Assembly: GCA_043811395.1 (NCBI GenBank)
Contig: JBDRNE010000115.1
Coordinates: forward strand, 12,212-76,211
Length of the DNA stretch: 64,000 nucleotides
Reading direction: 5' to 3'
Source of the DNA: Candidatus Omnitrophota bacterium
GTDB lineage: Bacteria > Omnitrophota > Gorgyraeia > Tantalellales > Tantalellaceae
The notes below the pieces were generated by a model. The model did not search any database, was not told the origin of the DNA, and worked only from the letters and a program-made list of their open reading frames with translations. The translations under genes were made by a program, and so were the position numbers. Below, one piece after another: positions 59,075-64,000 of this stretch. Position 1 is the first letter of the stretch. Each line of letters opens with the position of its first letter.

Positions 59075-61174
59075 ATGAATATTTTACAATTGGTTCCAAA
59101 ACTAAATGTGGGTGGTGTGGAAAAAGGCACTGTTGAAGTCGCGCGTTATTTGGTTCTTAACGGGCATAAGGCCGTTGTGGTTTCCGGAGGCGGAAGTTTT
59201 GAAAAAAAACTTGCCGCTATCGGCGCGCGTCACTACGCGTTGCCGGTAGGGAAAAAGAATCCATTTATTATGATGTACAGTTACTTTAAGCTGAAACAGA
59301 TAATTCTAAAGGAAAACATCAATATTGTGCATGCGCGGAGCCGGATACCTGCTCTCATTGGATATTTTGCGGCCAGGAAAACTGGTAAAGTTTTTATAAC
59401 TACCGCTCATGGACAATATAAAAAACATCTCATAAGCAAAGTAATGGGATGGGGAAAAATAGTTGTTACTGCCAATGAAACAATGGCAAGATATATGAAG
59501 GATAATTTTAACGTTCCTCTTCGAAAAATTAGTATTGTGCCAAGAGGGGTTGATCTTGAAAAGTTTTCTTTCAAATTGCCAGCTCAAAAGGTCGGCAAAA
59601 CTTTGCGTATAGGAATGATTTGCCGGTTTACTCCGCTTAAAGGGCATTTAGATTTTTTAAAAGCCGCCTCATATGTTTTAAGAAAAATTCCTAATCTTGA
59701 AGTTATTATGATGGGAGACAAATCTTCCGCGAAAGAAGAATATATTAAGAAAATTGAGCTGTCCGTTAAACGGCTTATGATGGGAGGAGTCGTAAAATTT
59801 ATCGACAGCAGTCAAAGCGTTTCAGAAGTAATGAAAAGTTTAGATATTTTAGTTTCGGCAAACAGAGAACAGGAAGCTTTTGGACGTTCGATTATTGAAG
59901 CTCAAGCGTGTGGGGTTCCGGTAGTCGCGACGAAAGTAGGTGGTGTTATTGAAACTGTATTAAACGAACAAACAGGTTTGTTGTGCGAGGCCGGAAACCC
60001 GACAGATATGGCGGATAAAATACTCCAATACGCGCGGGATTTAAAACTTATGCAGACAGTAGCCTTAGCCGCACGGCAATATGTTGAGGATAATTATTCT
60101 TTGAGAAAAGCCATGGATTTGACGATGCAGGTTTATACGAAAGCGCTTAACGCTAAAAGTATACTTGTCCTTAAAATGAGCGCGCTGGGAGATGTTATTC
60201 TCGTGGTACCGTCACTACGGGCGATAAGAGAACGGTATCCAGGTGCATTGATAAAAGTGCTTGTTGACGCGCGTTTTCGTGACTGTTTGGCAAATTGTCC
60301 ATATGTAGATGGAGTTATTTCTTGTGATTTTCAAACGCGGGATAAAGGAACGGGGTTTTTAAGGTTAGCGGCGAAACTTCGTTCAGAGGATTTTGATATG
60401 TCAATAGATTTTCAGAATAATACTAAAAGCCATATGTTGTCGTTTTTAGCGGCTATTCCTGAAAGATATGGATATGATAACCGGAAGATGAGTTTTTTAA
60501 TTAACCGAAAAATCAGTTTACCAAAAAAGCCTCTGTCCCCAATTGAACATCAAGCATGTGTTTTAGGTCTTATGGGAATTACAAGGGTAGAACCTGTTCT
60601 TAAACTTTGGCCAGGAAAAGACGATGTGGCGTGGGCTCAGAAATTCCTGAAAGATAATTGGCTGAAAGAGCGTCAGAAAATTGTCGGGTTTGCTTTGTCC
60701 TCGAGCAGTAGGTGGGAAACAAAAAACTGGGGACTTTCTGCTATGGTAGAAGTTGCGGATATGTTGGCAAAAAATGAAAACATAAGAGTCGTTCTTTTAG
60801 GGCAGGATTCGGATAACAATCTTAAAGAACTTTTTCTAAAAAAAACAAGAGCTAAACCAATAGACGCGGTAGGAAAAACCAGTATTTTACAGCTTTTCGC
60901 GCTTATCGGAGAATGTGACGCGGTACTTACCGGAGACAGCGCTCCTATGCATATTGCTACTAGTATGGGGACGCCTTTTACAGCTATTTTTGGTCCGACA
61001 GATCCTATCCGGCATGTTGTACCAGGGGAATTTTGTAAAATTTTGTATAAAAAACAGACATGCGCGCCATGTTATAAAGGTGTATGTAAGCGGAATAAAA
61101 AATGTATGACAAGCATAAAAACGTCCGAAGTTTTTAGCGCTTTAATGGAAAATATAAGAGATGGAAAAGAGTAA
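59075..61174 (+). CDS. GT4 glycosyltransferase fused to GT9 heptosyltransferase-like domain
   Basis: N-half: GGVEKG, HARSR, EAFGRSIIEAQACG. C-half: KMSALGDV, KNW, GDSAPMHIA, FGPT, CxPC...C...CM. Confidence 0.88.
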   Translation: MNILQLVPKLNVGGVEKGTVEVARYLVLNGHKAVVVSGGGSFEKKLAAIGARHYALPVGKKNPFIMMYSYFKLKQIILKENINIVHARSRIPALIGYFAARKTGKVFITTAHGQYKKHLISKVMGWGKIVVTANETMARYMKDNFNVPLRKISIVPRGVDLEKFSFKLPAQKVGKTLRIGMICRFTPLKGHLDFLKAASYVLRKIPNLEVIMMGDKSSAKEEYIKKIELSVKRLMMGGVVKFIDSSQSVSEVMKSLDILVSANREQEAFGRSIIEAQACGVPVVATKVGGVIETVLNEQTGLLCEAGNPTDMADKILQYARDLKLMQTVALAARQYVEDNYSLRKAMDLTMQVYTKALNAKSILVLKMSALGDVILVVPSLRAIRERYPGALIKVLVDARFRDCLANCPYVDGVISCDFQTRDKGTGFLRLAAKLRSEDFDMSIDFQNNTKSHMLSFLAAIPERYGYDNRKMSFLINRKISLPKKPLSPIEHQACVLGLMGITRVEPVLKLWPGKDDVAWAQKFLKDNWLKERQKIVGFALSSSSRWETKNWGLSAMVEVADMLAKNENIRVVLLGQDSDNNLKELFLKKTRAKPIDAVGKTSILQLFALIGECDAVLTGDSAPMHIATSMGTPFTAIFGPTDPIRHVVPGEFCKILYKKQTCAPCYKGVCKRNKKCMTSIKTSEVFSALMENIRDGKE

Positions 61175-61204
61175 TTAGAACTTGAAAATATTGGTTTTTA
61201 AAAT

Positions 61205-62308
61205 ATGAAAATACTATTGTTAACTACACACTTAAATATAGGCGGAGTAGGGTTTTATACGGTAAACTTGGCCAAATACCTAAAAAAAAGAAATGTTGAT
61301 GTTATTGTAGTTTCTTCCGGAGGGGATTTGGAAGAGATATTAGTTCGCGAACGTATACCTCATATAAAAATAGATATAAGGACTAAGTTTGAATTCAGCT
61401 TTAAGATTTTAAAAGTAGTACCTGTATTGTTCAATTTAGTAAAAAAAGAACATATTCAGGTAATACATGCTCAAACACGCGTAACGCAGGTCTTGGCATG
61501 GATTGTGTCAAGAATTACGCGGATTCCTTTTATTTCAACATGCCATGGTTTTTTTAAATCTCAAAGATTATCCCGTAAGCTTTTCCCGTGCTGGGGAGAG
61601 AAGATTATTGCTATAAGTGTCAGCGTTAAGGAACATCTTTTGGAAGATTTTTTTATTCCTAATAAGCGAGTGGAATTAATTCGTAACGGGATTGAAGTCA
61701 ATCGTTTCGTAAAAATCGCTTCTGAAACAAGAAGCAATCTTATAAAGAAGATGAATTGGTCTCGGGATGTGATAATAGTAGGTTCCGTTGGACGGCTTTC
61801 ACCGGTAAAAGGGTTTAATTATCTTATCTCAGCCTTCAAAAGGGCTAAAGCTGATAACGACAAGTTGAAATTACTTATTGTCGGAGAAGGTAAACAAGAA
61901 TCTGTTTTAAAACAGCAGGTTGAAAGTGCCGGGCTTTCTGGTGAGGTTTTGTTTGTTTCCGGCCGGGAGTCTTTGGAATACTATTTATCTGCAATGGATA
62001 TTTTTTGTCTATCGTCGGTAAGTGAAGGGTTAGGATTGTCTCTCATGGAGGCCATGGCGACAGGTATTGCCTGTATCGCTAGCAGTGTAGGTGGTCTCGT
62101 GGAACTTATTAATGATGGAGTAGATGGGCTTTTAGTTCCGGCAAAAAACGTTGAAAAATTAAGCGCTACGATAATTCGTCTGGCTGGAGATGATGTTTTT
62201 AGGACTTTGCTGAAAAAAAACGCGCAAAAAAAAGCTATTGAAAATTTTTCAATTGAAAAAAGCGTCGAGAAAACGATAAAAGTATATAGAGAAATGACAA
62301 AAGAATGA
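61205..62308 (+). CDS. GT4 family glycosyltransferase
   Basis: GGVG, VGRLSPVKG, SEGLGLSLMEAMATG. Confidence 0.9.
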   Translation: MKILLLTTHLNIGGVGFYTVNLAKYLKKRNVDVIVVSSGGDLEEILVRERIPHIKIDIRTKFEFSFKILKVVPVLFNLVKKEHIQVIHAQTRVTQVLAWIVSRITRIPFISTCHGFFKSQRLSRKLFPCWGEKIIAISVSVKEHLLEDFFIPNKRVELIRNGIEVNRFVKIASETRSNLIKKMNWSRDVIIVGSVGRLSPVKGFNYLISAFKRAKADNDKLKLLIVGEGKQESVLKQQVESAGLSGEVLFVSGRESLEYYLSAMDIFCLSSVSEGLGLSLMEAMATGIACIASSVGGLVELINDGVDGLLVPAKNVEKLSATIIRLAGDDVFRTLLKKNAQKKAIENFSIEKSVEKTIKVYREMTKE

Positions 62309-62317
62309 CAAAATTTA

Positions 62318-62345
62318 CCGCCAAAAGCGGGTCCGCCTCCGGTGG
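62318..62345. repeat. GC-rich quasi-palindrome CCGCC...GCGGGTCCGC...GGTGG
   Basis: CCGCCAAAAGCGGGTCCGCCTCCGGTGG is nearly self-complementary and stands out from AT-rich flanks. Confidence 0.6.
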
Positions 62346-62361
62346 AAAATGTGAAAATGTT

Positions 62362-62386
62362 GTAGGGGAGGCCCTTGCGTCCTCCC
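62362..62386 (+). repeat. GTAG-tagged REP-like palindrome
   Basis: GTAG-GGGAGG-CCCTTGCGT-CCTCCC. Confidence 0.7.
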
Positions 62387-62417
62387 CTAGTAGTGAATGG
62401 TAGATTGTGGATGAAAA

Positions 62418-63449
62418 ATGGAGAAACCTAAAAGAATACTTATTTTTGAATTAAATTGGCTGGGAGACATACTGTTTTCTTTTCCTTTTATTAAGGCTCT
62501 TAGAGGCGCTTTCCCGTCTGCTTATATAACTTGCGCGGTGGTGCCTCGGTACGCGGAACTTTTAAAAAACAATACTTGTGTGGATAAAATATACGAACTT
62601 TCAGATGGTAACGGCGTTTTATCTTTATTGGAAAAATTAAAATTTATCTTTTTTTTACGAAAAGAAAGATTTGATACTTGTTTTCTTCTTAAACCTTCAA
62701 GAAATAAATCATTTGTCGCGTTATGCGCGGGAATTAAGCGAAGAATAGGGTTCGGTGGTAAAAAATCTTTTCTTACGGAAGAAGTAAAGCTTCCCCTAAA
62801 AGAAATGCACAGAGTGTTTCAGATTTTGCTCATTGCAAAAAGTATTGGCATAGATGTTACAGATGATAAATATGAATATTGTGTAAATATAGAAGATTCA
62901 AAGTGTGTTAATGAGTTATTAAACGCGGATACATGCGATAACAATGCTTTAATTGCGATTAATCCCGGAGGGAACTGGCCAGCGAAAAGGTGGCCCGCTA
63001 AAAACTTTGTATTGCTTGCAAAAAAAATTTTAACTCAGTTTAGTAACGTAAAAATTGTTATAACAGGTGCTAAAAAAGATAAGTTACTTGCGGAAGATGT
63101 GGCGCGTGAAATAGGAAGTGAAAGGTGTTGTAACTTGGCAGGGTGCACAAAGTTGAATGAGTTAGCCTCGGTTTTTAGTAAATGTGCTCTTATGATAAGC
63201 TCTGATTCAGGCCCGTTACATTTAGCTTCCGCGGTCGGGACCGTTACAATAGGTATTTTTGGGCCGACATCACATAAAATCACCGGGCCGATGGGGGTTG
63301 GCAGGAGTATTGTAATTAGAGAAGATATTGATTGTAAAATTCCATGTTACGAAGAGCATTGTATGAAAGATTATATTTGCATGGAAAAAGTGACTGTAGA
63401 TAAGGTTTTTAACACGGTTTGTGATTTGTTTGGCCGGGGTGCTAAGTAG
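62418..63449 (+). CDS. GT9 LPS heptosyltransferase (WaaF-like)
   Basis: NWLGDILFS, NPGG.WPAKRWP, SDSGPLHLA, FGPT, C-terminal Cys motif. Confidence 0.88.
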   Translation: MEKPKRILIFELNWLGDILFSFPFIKALRGAFPSAYITCAVVPRYAELLKNNTCVDKIYELSDGNGVLSLLEKLKFIFFLRKERFDTCFLLKPSRNKSFVALCAGIKRRIGFGGKKSFLTEEVKLPLKEMHRVFQILLIAKSIGIDVTDDKYEYCVNIEDSKCVNELLNADTCDNNALIAINPGGNWPAKRWPAKNFVLLAKKILTQFSNVKIVITGAKKDKLLAEDVAREIGSERCCNLAGCTKLNELASVFSKCALMISSDSGPLHLASAVGTVTIGIFGPTSHKITGPMGVGRSIVIREDIDCKIPCYEEHCMKDYICMEKVTVDKVFNTVCDLFGRGAK

Positions 63450-63460
63450 AAGGGGGTGCA

Positions 63461-63552
63461 AGATTCAGTTGCTTTGTGTACCCGTATCAAACAGGTCCTC
63501 GGCTTCTAAAGTGGCCTGTGAAACTCGCCGGGCATACAAAGCAAGTGAATCT
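63461..63552 (+). other. Structured intergenic motif, copy B (candidate ncRNA or ssDNA element)
   Basis: 24-bp outer stem 63461-63484 / 63529-63552 (2 mismatches, 1 G-T) enclosing AAACAGGTCCTCG...GCCTGTGAAACTCGCC. Confidence 0.6.
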
Positions 63553-63607
63553 TTTGTCAAAAAGGTGTTTTGTGCAACGTGGAGCCTGTAACGTGTTACG
63601 CTAAATT

Positions 63608-64000
63608 ATGAAAATAGACAAAAAAAAAGTAAAATTAATTTTATTTATAACACTAAATAATTTGGGTGATATTGTGTTAACTACCCCTGTTTTTAATGAG
63701 CTTTGCCGAGAATTCCCGTCAGCTCTTATAGATGTTGTAACAGGGGCGCCTGGGAGAGAAATCTTTATTTCTCATCCTGCTGTCAGGGAGGTAGCGGTTC
63801 ATGGAAAAAGAAAATCATTATTAGATAGAATTTCTCAGGTTTTCCAGTTTCGCCGCAAAAAGTATGATTTAATAATAGATTTAAAAAACTCCCTTTTGCC
63901 GCATTTGATCGGGGCAAAATATCATGCAAATTTATACGCGTTTATAACGGAATTTATGCGCAGAAAAGGAGCTTTTCATAAAAAAGAACAGCATTTAATG
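63608..64000 (+). CDS. GT9 family glycosyltransferase (partial, runs off the window)
   Basis: Manual translation MKIDKKKVKLILFITLNNLGDIVLTTPVF..L...FP.A.ID; not in the supplied ORF track. Confidence 0.8.
   Translation, partial: MKIDKKKVKLILFITLNNLGDIVLTTPVFNELCREFPSALIDVVTGAPGREIFISHPAVREVAVHGKRKSLLDRISQVFQFRRKKYDLIIDLKNSLLPHLIGAKYHANLYAFITEFMRRKGAFHKKEQHLM

Noticed and set aside
203-63461. Numerous antisense and alternate-frame ORFs in the supplied track
   Set aside because: They overlap well-supported genes, lack recognisable motifs and look like shadow ORFs.

Overview
AT-rich bacterial chromosomal segment from a diderm, LPS-producing organism. It carries Lol, Mla and Kdo/lipid A genes together with a Firmicutes-like mcsA-mcsB-clpC...cysS and tmk-holB-yaaT-metG-tatD gene order. 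A PVC-related lineage such as Omnitrophota is my inference, not tested. About 55 CDS lie almost all on the + strand and are mostly housekeeping: polX, ligA, lysS, lolE/D, ilvE, mcsAB-clpC, mlaEFD, ispF, cysES, tmk, holB, metG, tatD, mtnA, thiL, tsaEB, alr, ilvBNC-leuA, aroE/C/K, pilD, dprA-topA-xerC, waaA-lpxK and an LPS glycosyltransferase cluster. No rRNA, tRNA or CRISPR array was seen. The most interesting signal is non-coding. (1) A RAYT-type HUH/Y1 transposase gene is bounded by 22-bp inverted repeats that each start at the stop codon of a flanking gene, and it sits at the end of an ECF sigma-yraN-comM unit. (2) Related GGGGTCAG...CTGACCCC palindromic mini-elements lie just after stop codons elsewhere. 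(3) The transposase element and the two long mini-elements share a one-sided tandem duplication spanning the right end of the palindrome plus 7-9 nt of flank, independent of element orientation. This is a possible mechanistic footprint, although an assembly artefact must be excluded. (4) A two-copy structured motif has conserved AAACAGG / AACTCGC junctions and a compensatory base change. (5) Several other REP-like families are present. Notable protein architectures are an LpxL-ELM1/GtrOC1 fusion, a GT4-GT9 fusion, a TatD-radical SAM fusion and a CysE with a hydrophobic N-terminus.
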